Both the position numbers and the translations under genes were made by a program. From a virus (taxonomy: Duplodnaviria; Caudoviricetes), in IMG/VR virus record IMGVR_UViG_3300027852_000043, positions 1-60,972 of that record: a stretch of 60,972 nt of DNA; one strand, 5' to 3'. Positions 25,438 through 36,139 of the stretch are shown in pieces; position 1 is the first letter of the stretch, and the number at the start of each line of letters is the position of its first letter. The notes below the pieces were generated by a model. It was not told the origin of the DNA. It saw only the letters and a program-made list of their open reading frames with translations, and did not search any database.

Positions 25438-25702
25438 TTTGACACTCGTATTGGTAATAGCAGGCAGTATGTTTTTGTTTGCAGCCCTGATCATCATTTC
25501 AACGATTGTGGGCGGGTGGCTTGTGTTTAAGGGTAGTAAGAGCGCCCAGTCGTCCGAGCCCTTCCTGGGGAGGGATAGTAGCCCCGGGGCGTATTCAATC
25601 AATGTAGACGGGCAAGACTTTCCGGGTCAGGAAACAGACGAAAATGAAGAGCATATCCTAAAGAAGACAGAGACGTTCTTGAAATCATTAGGGGGGAGAT
25701 AA
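25430..25702 (+). CDS. Membrane protein
   Basis: Long N-terminal hydrophobic helix. Confidence 0.65.
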   Translation: MDNLTLVLVIAGSMFLFAALIIISTIVGGWLVFKGSKSAQSSEPFLGRDSSPGAYSINVDGQDFPGQETDENEEHILKKTETFLKSLGGR

Positions 25703-25704
25703 AG

Positions 25705-26016
25705 GTGTCTGATGTTAAGCGCACAGAGATTTGGGGGTGTAGCCGAAGGAATGCCAAGGAAATGACTCTGAGCTTTGATACGATAACTATAACCGCAGCC
25801 GAGGTGGGATTCCTGCAGGGCGGTAACAAACTCTTTTCAATGGAGATTACGCCTTCTTTTGAGACGGGAGGTATATTGGTCATAAAAGTTGCTGAAGGCA
25901 AGACAATACTAACGCTTGGCGATGTAGTAACGATTGTAGGAGGCGAAAATGATAGGTCTGGACGTCCAGTGCCCACAATGCCGACGGGTGATGCACACCA
26001 CTACCCCGCTGTATAA
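25705..26016 (+). CDS. Hypothetical protein
   Basis: GGGAG RBS with GTG start. Confidence 0.5.
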   Translation: MSDVKRTEIWGCSRRNAKEMTLSFDTITITAAEVGFLQGGNKLFSMEITPSFETGGILVIKVAEGKTILTLGDVVTIVGGENDRSGRPVPTMPTGDAHHYPAV

Positions 26017-26398
26017 TCCGGAAAAGACAGCCAAAGGCAACATGGTTGAACTGCTGCCCAAATGGAAAAAACGAGGATGGCGGACGTTCTACGGTGGAGG
26101 AGGCGGCACAACACCTGCGGCAGCTATGCAGTGCCCTCATTGCTCAGGGAGGTTGGCGCCGTCCGGGAAATTAAGGATTAAGCCTGCGCCTGTGCCGGAG
26201 CTAACACAGGCACAGAAGAATCAAGCGATTATTGATGAGAGTTTTAAGTTGGAGCCCGAACCGCAAGCCCAGGATGTCCAGCAGAAAATCCGGGCTCAAG
26301 ATACTATCTTCACATGCGAGTCTTGCGGTAGGCAGATAAGGGGCATTGTTGGGTTTAAATCGCACGAGAAAGCATGTAAGGTGGCTAATAATGGATGA
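25949..26398 (+). CDS. Zinc-finger protein
   Basis: CPQC, CPHC and C-terminal CESC...H...C. Confidence 0.7.
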   Translation: MIGLDVQCPQCRRVMHTTTPLYNPEKTAKGNMVELLPKWKKRGWRTFYGGGGGTTPAAAMQCPHCSGRLAPSGKLRIKPAPVPELTQAQKNQAIIDESFKLEPEPQAQDVQQKIRAQDTIFTCESCGRQIRGIVGFKSHEKACKVANNG

Positions 26399-28316
26399 AA
26401 AATGGTCCCTTGAAACCCTACCTCCGAAAGGTCACAAAGACGTGGCCCCATTTTGCCTTGGCCTGTTTGATATAGCAAAAGCAGAGAAGGAGCGGCTAAA
26501 GAAGAATGAGGACGGGATCGCAAATTACAGCCTGTACCGTGGAAAATCACCAGCAGGCCAGGTGTCGAGGATCAAAAACCCTGTGAACCTGTATTTTTCA
26601 AACGTAGAGAGAACCGTGGCAAACATCACAAGTCGGAATCCGACTGGCGAGGTTGTCGATTTGGATGGGGTAGATGACGATGCTGAAAAAGTTCTGTCGG
26701 CCTGGTTACTCAAGTGGTGGAAAGATACAGGGCAGAGGGAGAAGACAAAAAAGTCAGGCCGAACGATGGAAGTTTACGGCGTGACGGTCGAAAAGCCCGG
26801 CTGGGATAAAGAGAAGGCCCGGCCCCACATCCGAGTTGAAGATCCTTTTGCATGGTTCCCGGCACCAGGTAGGTGGGAAAACGCACCCTTGGAAATGCCG
26901 TTTATGTGTTTTGTGTATCTCGATTATATTGACAAGGTTGAGTCGGAATATAAAGTCAAGGACATTGCGGAAGAAGACGCTTACACTCTATTGGGGGCTA
27001 TCAGGGAAGAGTATCAATCTGATTTTTCTGCAGAAAGTTTTGGTAATTACGCTACGCCAATAACGGCGGGGTCTAAAGCGCAGGGCACAGAAAAGAAGAT
27101 CGAACGGTGTCTAAAAATTGAAGTCTGGATGAGGGACAAAAGGACTAAGATAGTTACAACCGAAGAGCCGATGCTTGACGAGGAAACCGGGGAGATAGTG
27201 GTTAATGAACAGGGCGCGCCCTTAGTATGCAAAACCACAGAAAAGGTCCCGGTTTACCCGGATGGAGTAAGGGTCGTAACCATTGTTGCAGCCAAAGAGG
27301 GCACGGGCCAACATGACGGATACATGGTCCTGGAAGATTGCGCCAACCCAAACATAAACCCACTGGTTTCCACAGAATTGACGTCCAAAACTCATCCATG
27401 GAAGCGGTTCCCAATGTATTATGCTAATTCTTATGACGATCTGGTAACGGTGTGGGGGTTTTCAGCAGGGGAACAGGTCGGGGATTTAATACAGTATATC
27501 AATAAAATCATAGTCAAATTAATAGCTTATGTTATTAATGTGGTAGTACCGCCTTTGATCGTCCAGAAACACTGCGGGATCAAGCAATCAGATATTGAGT
27601 CTTGCCTCGAGAAAGGGGGGAGGTTGTTGTTAATGCCGAACATCCCCAACGCCCGCATCGAATTCATGCAAATACCCAATCTGCCGGCCACTTTCTTCCA
27701 GGTATTAGATCTTCTTGTCAGGTTTTTTGACAGGGTTTATGCCATGGAGGAAGCAGATCGAGGACAGGCCCCGAAAGGTGTTATCGCGGCTGCGGCAATT
27801 ATGGCGCTCCAGGAGAGGAACCAGGCACTTATGCAGCCCAAAACTGCGTCAATAGAATTTTTGGCAGAAAGCAGGTCAAAGTGGGCGATTGGGCTAATTC
27901 AGAATTTTGGGAGTAAAATGGAGTCTGTCGAGGTAGGGGATGAGCCTCGGGAATTCATAGGCGCGAATTTCATTGGCAGGCAGTTTGGGTATATCGTTGA
28001 AACCGGAAGCACAATGCCGAGAACATCTCTACAATTACAAGAGATAGCCCCGACCCTGTTTGAGGGCGGTCTCGTTGATAGACGGGCAGCATTGGAAATG
28101 TTGGGGATTCCTGATTGGCAAAACATCGTAGAGAGGATGGGCGAGACGGAGCTTGATCAGGCGCTACAAGTTTTGATAGAATCCGGGTTGCCTGAAGAGG
28201 AAGCGACGAGGTTACACCAATACTTAATACAGCCAGGCCAGGGCGTCGGTGGCTCGAAGACGGAGGAAACTGAATCACAGAAAGCCTCGGGTCCGGGTGT
28301 GCCGAAGGCGGTTTAA
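26391..28316 (+). CDS. Portal protein
   Basis: About 640 aa after the terminase; NP.NLYFSNVERTVA; G..P.GV.AAAAIMALQE; podovirus-type portal layout. Confidence 0.85.
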   Translation: MDEKWSLETLPPKGHKDVAPFCLGLFDIAKAEKERLKKNEDGIANYSLYRGKSPAGQVSRIKNPVNLYFSNVERTVANITSRNPTGEVVDLDGVDDDAEKVLSAWLLKWWKDTGQREKTKKSGRTMEVYGVTVEKPGWDKEKARPHIRVEDPFAWFPAPGRWENAPLEMPFMCFVYLDYIDKVESEYKVKDIAEEDAYTLLGAIREEYQSDFSAESFGNYATPITAGSKAQGTEKKIERCLKIEVWMRDKRTKIVTTEEPMLDEETGEIVVNEQGAPLVCKTTEKVPVYPDGVRVVTIVAAKEGTGQHDGYMVLEDCANPNINPLVSTELTSKTHPWKRFPMYYANSYDDLVTVWGFSAGEQVGDLIQYINKIIVKLIAYVINVVVPPLIVQKHCGIKQSDIESCLEKGGRLLLMPNIPNARIEFMQIPNLPATFFQVLDLLVRFFDRVYAMEEADRGQAPKGVIAAAAIMALQERNQALMQPKTASIEFLAESRSKWAIGLIQNFGSKMESVEVGDEPREFIGANFIGRQFGYIVETGSTMPRTSLQLQEIAPTLFEGGLVDRRAALEMLGIPDWQNIVERMGETELDQALQVLIESGLPEEEATRLHQYLIQPGQGVGGSKTEETESQKASGPGVPKAV

Positions 28317-28325
28317 GGAGTTTAG

Positions 28326-28589
28326 ATGCCGGTATATGAGTTCCAATGTGAGTGTGGGAAGATATCTGAGGGAATATTCAAGGTAACTGATTCCCCTGAA
28401 AGCATTGAATGTCCTTGTGGTAACAGGGCGAAGAAAATCCTCTCTATCGGGGCAATAGAAACTGATACCAAAGTGAAATGGATGCCCTCGGCAAGCAATA
28501 TCCTTACAAGGGGTTATGAACGCCCGATAGAGACCAGAACGGAATACCGGGCGTATCTCAAGGAGAATAATTTAGAGCCGAAAGCATAA
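28326..28589 (+). CDS. FmdB-like zinc-ribbon protein
   Basis: MPVYEFQCECG...CPCG..AKKILS. Confidence 0.85.
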   Translation: MPVYEFQCECGKISEGIFKVTDSPESIECPCGNRAKKILSIGAIETDTKVKWMPSASNILTRGYERPIETRTEYRAYLKENNLEPKA

Positions 28590-28792
28590 TCAAATTGTAG
28601 GCAGAAAACCATAAGCCAGTGCAAAATGGATAAACGCACTAAGACTGCGCTGTTTTGCAATGGCTTTTTTATTGGAGTTGCGGGGCCTGAAAGGGATAAC
28701 CCCGTAACATGCTTTAAACACTTTAGATTTCCGGGATAACCAGGAGAGACCCTGCGGGGGCAATCTTGAATGGCCTTGAAAGGAGAAACGAG

Positions 28793-29545
28793 ATGGCAGA
28801 AGACAAGGGTGTGGAAGGGCAAGCGGCGGAAGGTACCGAGGATAAAAACTATCTTGGGAATTGGAAAACTGAAGAACAGGCGAAAGAAGGGCTGGGGCAT
28901 CTTGAAGCAAAGCTCGCTGAACAAGGTAACGAGGTGGGTTATTTGCGGAAGGAGGTCGAGGGGCTTAGAAATAGACCAGCCCCGCTTCCCCCTACTCCTG
29001 AGCCTGAAGTCCCTGATTATGCTGAGGAAATAAGCGCTATCCAAGGCAAGATAGTGGACCTCGACCCTGATGATGTGGGCTACCAGAAAACCCTGGCCGG
29101 CTTACTTAGCCAGTCGAATGCTCTTATCGCGGAGGCGTCCAAGGCAGCGACTTTGACCGAGGCTACAAGGGTGTTCAAAACAGAGCTTGATGAGAGGGAC
29201 ACCCAAGCTATCGAGTCAGCCTTCCACAAGAATAACCCTGATTTCAATACACCAGAAATACAGAGGCAAATTGAAGAGCGCATGAATCTCGACCCAACAG
29301 GTATGACCGACGCACTTGTGGCGTATCGGGAGTTGGAAAGAGATAATGCCACTAATAGGGCAACCCAGCTTGAAGAAGAGAACGCCGAGCTGAAAAGGTT
29401 GGCTACCGTCTCTGAAGGTGCAAACCAGACGGGCAAGGTGGAGGTGACAGGGGGAGCGAGCCCTCCTCTACCACCTGCACAGCCTAAGCTAACAGGCGAT
29501 GCCCTCCATGCTGCGATGTTGAAGGCAGCGCAGGAAGCGGCATGA
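28793..29545 (+). CDS. Capsid scaffolding protein
   Basis: Acidic coiled coil directly upstream of the capsid gene; QGNEVG.LRK. Confidence 0.75.
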   Translation: MAEDKGVEGQAAEGTEDKNYLGNWKTEEQAKEGLGHLEAKLAEQGNEVGYLRKEVEGLRNRPAPLPPTPEPEVPDYAEEISAIQGKIVDLDPDDVGYQKTLAGLLSQSNALIAEASKAATLTEATRVFKTELDERDTQAIESAFHKNNPDFNTPEIQRQIEERMNLDPTGMTDALVAYRELERDNATNRATQLEEENAELKRLATVSEGANQTGKVEVTGGASPPLPPAQPKLTGDALHAAMLKAAQEAA

Positions 29546-29568
29546 GCTGACAATAAGGAGGCAATAAA

Positions 29569-30546
29569 ATGTCCTTACTAAACCAGTTAAACGCAACCAC
29601 GACAGTGAAATGGTTGAATACAACCCCCGAAGACATCCTTAACACAGCATCCGCCCTCGTTTGGAAATTGATGGGGAATGCTGTTAAGCGGGGTAATTGG
29701 GCGGTACAGCCCAGTGAGACAGTTGATGGCGGGAAAATGGTAGAGGTTCCGATTGAGTATGCAAACAGTAACTCTGGCCAGTACGGAGCCGATACGGTTA
29801 TCAGCATTGATAAAGTGGACCTCTTCGATGCTGCTCGGTTCGGGTGGGCAGGTGTTCATGGTGCCAACACCCTGAACCTGGACGATCTCACCCAAAATAC
29901 CGGCGGAAACGTTATCGTCAGGTTGACAGACAAGTATATCGATTCCATCAAGAAGGCTGCCAGAGTACAAATGGCTGCTGATGTGATTGCAGCGTCAACA
30001 GGCGTTGATTATCATATCAACGGTCTGGGTGATCTGTTTAATACCAATACTGCCATAGCATATGGAAGCATTACCGAAGCAGAAATGGCAAATTGGAAGG
30101 CAAACGTGATTACCACAAATGCGGAGATCTGCTTTGAGGTAATGCAAAAGATCTTCCGGGAGCCGGACATGGGAGGTTTCGCTGGGGCTCTCCCGAATTT
30201 CTGTGTCACGACCCAGGCCCTTCTGGACGGGTATGAGAGGACCTTGCAGCCTCAACAGTGGTATTCCGATAAGGATATGGTGTCTGCCGGGTGGGCGAAT
30301 GTTTGGCATAAAGGTGCGCCGATTGTTGCGGATAAGGGGGTTGGATCGACATCGCTTTATGCGTTGAACCTCAATTTCCTGAGTTTGAGAGCGCATGAAA
30401 AGTACAATTTCACCACACCTGTCTGGGCACCTGTATCAGTGCAGAAGCCAGATACCATCACCGCGAACACCAGGTTCAGGGGTAATCTGTACTGCACGAA
30501 TCGGCGTATGCATGCTTTACACAGCAACCTGTCAGAACCGACGTAA
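29569..30546 (+). CDS. Major capsid protein
   Basis: 325 aa; GG..VEVPIEY, INGL, YE..LQPQ, LY.LN.NFL; position after scaffold. Confidence 0.85.
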   Translation: MSLLNQLNATTTVKWLNTTPEDILNTASALVWKLMGNAVKRGNWAVQPSETVDGGKMVEVPIEYANSNSGQYGADTVISIDKVDLFDAARFGWAGVHGANTLNLDDLTQNTGGNVIVRLTDKYIDSIKKAARVQMAADVIAASTGVDYHINGLGDLFNTNTAIAYGSITEAEMANWKANVITTNAEICFEVMQKIFREPDMGGFAGALPNFCVTTQALLDGYERTLQPQQWYSDKDMVSAGWANVWHKGAPIVADKGVGSTSLYALNLNFLSLRAHEKYNFTTPVWAPVSVQKPDTITANTRFRGNLYCTNRRMHALHSNLSEPT

Positions 30547-30611
30547 CAGGTGAAATAAACCTTCAACAAAAGCAGGGGGGGGCATAACCCCCTTGTTTTA
30601 GAGGTGATATT

Positions 30612-32123
30612 ATGGGGGAGAGAGTAAAAACGGTGGGCGGTAATAGGGCAAACCGCCCCGTATCAGAGTTTCAACAAAACATTGCCGGTACTGAGTATTA
30701 TGTTGGGCCAAATGCGTCACTGGTCGGTGATGATGACCGTACCGGGAAGTCGAAAAAAGCTTCGCTTGCGACATGGGCAGAAGCGATTGACCGTGCGGAT
30801 GCGGACAAGAACGATATTATTTACCTTTTACCGGGGCATGCGGAGACATTTGCCACAGCGGCCGCAGTCAATATAAACAAAGCTGGTATTCGGACTATCA
30901 ATCTGGGCGTTGGCGCGCTTGCGGCTACATTTACATTTAGCGCTGTGGATGCAACCGTCACCATGACGGCAGCTTCTTGCACCATTGAAGGTAAACCTAT
31001 ATTCAAGCCTTCTATTGATTCTGTCGTTTCACCTATCGTGGTGAGTGCCGCTGATTGCAAGCTTGACGTTGAGGTTCAGGATGCCAGCGCAACGGTCGAA
31101 TGTGTCAACGCAATCTTGACCACAGCAGCCGCAGACAGGCTCGATGTCAACCTAAAATACCGGGGGTTCATTGCCGGTAATGCCTGCGTCAATGCGATCA
31201 GGCTGGTTGGGGTAGACACTGCGAGAATCTACGTTGATTTTTACGGTGTGGCGTCAACTTCAATCGTTGAATTCCATACCACAGCTTGTCATGACATAGA
31301 CATCAAGGGCAAGTTCTACAACGATGGAACAAGCCTTACCAAGAATGTTGTGGATACGGCAACGGGGTCAACGTGGTCCGCCCAGGGTTGGGATGGGAAT
31401 TCAAACGCCAACTTTTCCGGCGGCGATAATTCCGCTCTGGCAAGTGATGATGGTTCAGCGATTGCGGCCCAAACGACAAAAATTGATGCAGCAACCTTAG
31501 CAGTTGCTCCTACCGCCAATTCGCTTGCGGCCTTTATTGCTTCGGGCGGAACCGCACTCGGGCAAGAGTTGCCTGACAGTCAGTCCTTAATCGATTTGAT
31601 TGGGGACTATACAGGGCCTCATGATGGCGCTGTCCAGGACGACAACATTAAGGCCTCGCTTGATCTTTTGCATACTCATGCGGACGCTACGCCACAATGT
31701 GTAGAGAAAAGCGATGGAGCCGTGCTTACTGGCCTTGATCCTCTTTTCACAATCACTGGTGGACCTGTCAGGTGCAAGATAGTTGGGCATGTCACAACTA
31801 TAATCGGTGGGGCAACGAACTTGAGGCTTCAGCATATCACGACAGACCCAGCGGCGACAGTCGATCTTAATGCTGGGGCAGTTGCGGCCGACAATGACGC
31901 GGTTGGTACGGTTTACCATAATCTTGGGGCAACCAGTGTTTTCACTCCGTCAGGCGGGCTTGGCTTTGTTTTGCTCGATCCTGTTACGGTCGAAGAGACT
32001 GAATTTGTTCTTGCTCCTGGGGTGGTGCAATGCCTTGGGTCTGCCGCGCAAACCGGAGTAATTAAGTGGTATATGACTTATGAGCCATGTTCTCCGAGTA
32101 GCGCAGTTGTGGCCGCAGCGTAA
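30612..32123 (+). CDS. Virion structural/decoration protein (beta-helix-like N-terminus)
   Basis: YYV...DD..G...SLAT..EAI...DIIYLLPGHAE; follows the capsid gene. Confidence 0.7.
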   Translation: MGERVKTVGGNRANRPVSEFQQNIAGTEYYVGPNASLVGDDDRTGKSKKASLATWAEAIDRADADKNDIIYLLPGHAETFATAAAVNINKAGIRTINLGVGALAATFTFSAVDATVTMTAASCTIEGKPIFKPSIDSVVSPIVVSAADCKLDVEVQDASATVECVNAILTTAAADRLDVNLKYRGFIAGNACVNAIRLVGVDTARIYVDFYGVASTSIVEFHTTACHDIDIKGKFYNDGTSLTKNVVDTATGSTWSAQGWDGNSNANFSGGDNSALASDDGSAIAAQTTKIDAATLAVAPTANSLAAFIASGGTALGQELPDSQSLIDLIGDYTGPHDGAVQDDNIKASLDLLHTHADATPQCVEKSDGAVLTGLDPLFTITGGPVRCKIVGHVTTIIGGATNLRLQHITTDPAATVDLNAGAVAADNDAVGTVYHNLGATSVFTPSGGLGFVLLDPVTVEETEFVLAPGVVQCLGSAAQTGVIKWYMTYEPCSPSSAVVAAA

Positions 32124-32153
32124 CCTTTTTAAACGAATAGGAGGTATTTTAAG

Positions 32154-32540
32154 ATGATTAGAATAGACTTAGTGATCCCGGTCGCTGCAACTACTGCCGA
32201 TGATTTTTTCTATCCGGTGTCAGCCGTAGGAAATGTCTCGGAGGTTATCGCTGTGTACGACCAGGAAACCGATTTGGATGAAACAATAACTGTCAGCAGG
32301 GGGACAACAGCCGTAAACCTATGCACTCCGCCTGCCGATGCAACGGCGGAAGGAACTTCGTTTACAGGTGTGCCTGATACCACCAATAAAGCGTTGCTCT
32401 TCGACCCTGCTTCTACCACTGTGGCCAACCGGGTGTTGAAAATATCAGTTCCCAACACCTTCGATACCGCAGGACATCTGGGTCTGAGTATCCTTTTTGA
32501 CGATACCGCTTATGTGGAACAGGCCGCACTTGAGGCGTGA
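32154..32540 (+). CDS. Small virion protein
   Basis: AGGAGG RBS; beta-rich. Confidence 0.65.
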   Translation: MIRIDLVIPVAATTADDFFYPVSAVGNVSEVIAVYDQETDLDETITVSRGTTAVNLCTPPADATAEGTSFTGVPDTTNKALLFDPASTTVANRVLKISVPNTFDTAGHLGLSILFDDTAYVEQAALEA

Positions 32541-32568
32541 TCCTCCCCTGTCGCATAGAAACTAACCA

Positions 32569-32604
32569 GCCTTAAGCGTCTGACAGGGGCGCTTAAGGCC
32601 TTCT
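32569..32604 (+). terminator. Stem-loop after the capsid cluster
   Basis: GCCTTAAGCG...CGCTTAAGGC followed by CTTCTT. Confidence 0.55.
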
Positions 32605-32617
32605 TGAGGGGTTACGA

Positions 32618-33556
32618 ATGCCCGATTTAGCCGAACTTATCGTAAGCGTAAAGGGTGTGATCCAGGACACCTCCTACTCTATTTCAGATATCATCACCAG
32701 GTTAAACGATGCTGTCGAAGCGGTAACCGCAGGCGTTTTTATGCCTAACAGGAGGGATGTTTCCCCTCCCCTTCCAGAGCTTTACCAATCTGATATAATA
32801 GCAACGACCGTCAATGCTTACGCTGATCTTCCCGCTACTTACCAGCGGGGTCTTTTTTATGTTTTGGACAGTAGCGGCGAAAAAGTAGGGATGCCAAGAG
32901 GTGGTAATTATTACGATTTTATGTTGTTCCTGAATAATTCAGATAAGAGAGATTTGACCGAAACGGGAGCTGTGCATACGGCCTGTGTGAAGGGCACGAT
33001 GCTTTATTATCAGGGGATACCATCGAGTAGCGCAGATTTAACGGTCATGTTTTATCGGAAACCTGTTGATATGGCAATTGACCAGGCAGTCTATAATTCG
33101 ACCACGATATCTTTTGCGGCTGCTACTGGTAATATTTCTGATTCAGGCAGTGGGTTAGCATCTTTCACTACCGATGGCGGTTTACTGGTATCTGGGTCAA
33201 CCTTGAACGACGGATATTATACAGTGTCGGCGGTTGACGTCGCTGGAGCATATATAACGGTCAATGAAGGGCTGACAAATGAAAGTGCAGGCAGTACGGT
33301 TTCGATCGTCCAATCTAACGACGAACCGGATGGCTTGCCTGTGCATCTGGCGAAAAAACTTGTTGCACATTATGTTTGCAAGGAAATTTTTGGGGAGGGA
33401 TTAGAAGACACTGAGACTGCCAGTGGAACCGCAGTCAAATATCATACTGGCAAATTCTATGAAGCCATGGAAAATATGGTTTTATTCATAGGTGAAGACG
33501 GGGAGCCACTTTATTATGGCGATTCAGGCTTTATAGATGGTGGAATTTGCGATTAA
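32618..33556 (+). CDS. Head-tail adaptor-like protein with an inserted beta domain
   Basis: L.ELI..V...IQD...I...LNDA; YRKPVDM...EPDGLP.HL. Confidence 0.65.
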   Translation: MPDLAELIVSVKGVIQDTSYSISDIITRLNDAVEAVTAGVFMPNRRDVSPPLPELYQSDIIATTVNAYADLPATYQRGLFYVLDSSGEKVGMPRGGNYYDFMLFLNNSDKRDLTETGAVHTACVKGTMLYYQGIPSSSADLTVMFYRKPVDMAIDQAVYNSTTISFAAATGNISDSGSGLASFTTDGGLLVSGSTLNDGYYTVSAVDVAGAYITVNEGLTNESAGSTVSIVQSNDEPDGLPVHLAKKLVAHYVCKEIFGEGLEDTETASGTAVKYHTGKFYEAMENMVLFIGEDGEPLYYGDSGFIDGGICD

Positions 33557-33583
33557 TGGATTCGGTGACCAAGGAGAGAAATT

Positions 33584-33853
33584 ATGGCTAAGAAAAAGGA
33601 TTTTCAAGGAACGGAAACCTACACGAGAACACCCACGAGGTCTTATATTCGGAACTCAGCTTCATGGCAGGAACGGCCTATGTCTGGTTCTGGGCCTATC
33701 ACCGAGAGAGTTGCAGTTGATCGGGGAGCGGCATCCCTCAGTAAGCCTGGGGCAAAAGCACGTAAAACCTTGACGCCAAGGAAAAAGAAAAAGAAACCGG
33801 GTGCCATGGTGGGTTACATTAAAAGGCGTAACGAAGCAGCTTCGTATGAATAA
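33584..33853 (+). CDS. Small basic protein
   Basis: AAGGAG RBS; K/R-rich. Confidence 0.55.
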   Translation: MAKKKDFQGTETYTRTPTRSYIRNSASWQERPMSGSGPITERVAVDRGAASLSKPGAKARKTLTPRKKKKKPGAMVGYIKRRNEAASYE

Positions 33854-34283
33854 GGACCCCAACCCGAATTTCATAGGGAAAGAAGAAGGTAAGGGGAGAA
33901 ATTGTATCTTTCCCGTTTACCGATTTAAAGAGCCTCCGACTCTCTCTGAGGTGGTAAAGGTGGCGGGATTGGGACATAACAAGCGCATCCGAGACGGCGG
34001 CTTTGTGGTAGGTCTTTCGTGTCATGAAGATCCTATCCCCAAGAAATATATTCCCGTGGTGAAGGACCCCTGGTTTATTGTTAAAAGTGGCTTGTTTGTG
34101 ATGACGAAAAAGGCACAGGAGCAAGTTATCGTGGTATCTGGGGGGATGTCAACTTTTGCTCCATGGCATAGGGGCTATGTGAAATATGACCCCTTAAGAA
34201 TCGTGGCCGATGACACTGCCTCCGCGATTGATATTGCGGAAGAATGTTTATTTTTCTCTCAATGCCTGCACCCTGGTAATTAA
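33846..34283 (+). CDS. Hypothetical protein
   Basis: Coupled ORF. Confidence 0.6.
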   Translation: MNKDPNPNFIGKEEGKGRNCIFPVYRFKEPPTLSEVVKVAGLGHNKRIRDGGFVVGLSCHEDPIPKKYIPVVKDPWFIVKSGLFVMTKKAQEQVIVVSGGMSTFAPWHRGYVKYDPLRIVADDTASAIDIAEECLFFSQCLHPGN

Positions 34284-34289
34284 AACGAC

Positions 34290-35198
34290 ATGCCAAACCC
34301 AATCACCATATTCACGGGATCAACAGGGATCAATACGAAGGTTGATCCTACCAGATTACGGTTCGACTCGAAAACTGGTATCTCGGATTTTGCCGCTGCT
34401 ATTAATGTCGATATTGATGATACCGGTAGGCCGAGCAGGCGCAAAGGGTCAACCCGCGTGCTTACCGGTAACTGGCACAGCTTGTTTGATTGTAGGGAAT
34501 ATGCCCTGGGCGTTACAGGTGATGCTCTTTCCGTTATAGAATATGATTTTAGCTCAACCCCGATACGGAACGTAACGCCTGCCCATAGAATGCGGTACTT
34601 GCAGGTTGAAGATAAGGTTTATTACGCCAATGGTACTGAAAAAGGCTACGTGCAAGACAGGGTAAGTCATCCCTGGGTAGCCGGAGCTTATGTTGGCCCA
34701 CCTACCACGAAAACCTTCAGCGATCCACCTGTCGGTACGATCTTAGAAATCTACAACAGCAGGGTATATATCGTTATACAATCAAGAGTTAAGTATTCAG
34801 CCAGAAATGCGCATTCCTGGTACAACCTGGCCTCTGATGGGTTTAGGTTTGCAAACGATGTGACGATGCTCAGGGCTATAAATGACGGCATCTATGTTGG
34901 CACCACAAAAGAAACTTTGTTCTTGTCAGGTGCCGGCGGGGCAGATTTAAGGCGGATCAGCGTTGCCGATTATGGGGTTATTGAGGGAACTGATGTCATT
35001 GTGCCGGGGTCTCGGGTAGCAGGAGGGAAAATCGCTTCGTCCCCCGTCGCCATGTGGACTTCAAGCGAGGGGATCTGTATGGGCGGTCCCGAAGGCCTTT
35101 TTATCAACCTGACAGAGAAAAAACTGTCGTTACCATCTGCAAGGTATGGGTCTGCTATTTACAAAGATGGTAAATATATTGTTTGCCTGGAGCCTTAA
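34290..35198 (+). CDS. Putative tail nozzle/tubular protein (N-terminal portion)
   Basis: F.G..GIN, NVDIDD.G...RRKG; beta-propeller-like composition. Confidence 0.6.
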   Translation: MPNPITIFTGSTGINTKVDPTRLRFDSKTGISDFAAAINVDIDDTGRPSRRKGSTRVLTGNWHSLFDCREYALGVTGDALSVIEYDFSSTPIRNVTPAHRMRYLQVEDKVYYANGTEKGYVQDRVSHPWVAGAYVGPPTTKTFSDPPVGTILEIYNSRVYIVIQSRVKYSARNAHSWYNLASDGFRFANDVTMLRAINDGIYVGTTKETLFLSGAGGADLRRISVADYGVIEGTDVIVPGSRVAGGKIASSPVAMWTSSEGICMGGPEGLFINLTEKKLSLPSARYGSAIYKDGKYIVCLEP

Positions 35199-36124
35199 TG
35201 AATATCGAGGCATGTGCAAAGATATTGAGCAAGTACAATCAGACGCAATTAAATGTTAAAAAAGCAGGGTTAGTTTTTCAATCATATTTAGGAGGTTTGA
35301 ATTTGGCTATAGAAGGGTTTAAGGAATTAGCTTCTGCTTCTTTGCAAGTTGCAGCAAGCAAAAATTTTGGGCTGACACCTGATAGAGATTTTTATACTCG
35401 CGTCATGGAAGAAGATACGCTTGGTAGGTTAAGACCAGCCTTCCAATCCGGAGATTATTATTTATGCCCTGATACACACAAGATAAAGACTGTTTTACCG
35501 GAGTCTGCCATGGTGGAATCTCCATGGGTTCATGTAAAACGAAACCCTGAGATCAACTGTCGAGTTTGGCATAAAATATGGTTTAATCTTCTGGGGATCT
35601 TGCCTTCACCATGTTTAAATTGTTGGAAAGTGGTCGTGGTGCCGGAATCCTTGCCTCAGTTGTTTGCATTGTTGGAAGTGCAAAAACTATTACAACGATA
35701 TTCAAAATGTGGTGTTGAGATTAGGGATTATGTTAACAGAAATTATGGTGGATATTTCTACAATAATTCTCTTGAGGAGGGGAGGGAAAGATGGGCAGAG
35801 GTCCGTCAGATGGTAGATGAATCTATCTCTCCAGATATCACTGTTATTTTGAAACGAGGATGCACGGAGTATGAACGGAAATTTGGCCGAAGCGATAATT
35901 GGGAGAATATCGTGACCCCAGAACAAAAGCGCTTTGAAAAAGACATGGCGCCTTATTTCAGCGAGTTTGGGAAAAGAAAGGGTCCACAATTCGAGGATAT
36001 CCAGTTGCATGTAAAGCGTACATGGGTTGACTTTGCGTACAGCAGGGGAGATCCGACTTATATCCATTATACAGGCGGGTGCGATCTTTACCCAAAACCT
36101 GTTGAATACCACGTTAACCCTTAA
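35198..36124 (+). CDS. Hypothetical Cys-motif protein
   Basis: CLNCWKVVV, SKCGVE.R, YGGYFY, LKRGCTEYE. Confidence 0.7.
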   Translation: MNIEACAKILSKYNQTQLNVKKAGLVFQSYLGGLNLAIEGFKELASASLQVAASKNFGLTPDRDFYTRVMEEDTLGRLRPAFQSGDYYLCPDTHKIKTVLPESAMVESPWVHVKRNPEINCRVWHKIWFNLLGILPSPCLNCWKVVVVPESLPQLFALLEVQKLLQRYSKCGVEIRDYVNRNYGGYFYNNSLEEGRERWAEVRQMVDESISPDITVILKRGCTEYERKFGRSDNWENIVTPEQKRFEKDMAPYFSEFGKRKGPQFEDIQLHVKRTWVDFAYSRGDPTYIHYTGGCDLYPKPVEYHVNP

Positions 36125-36139
36125 ACAAGGAGATTAGTT

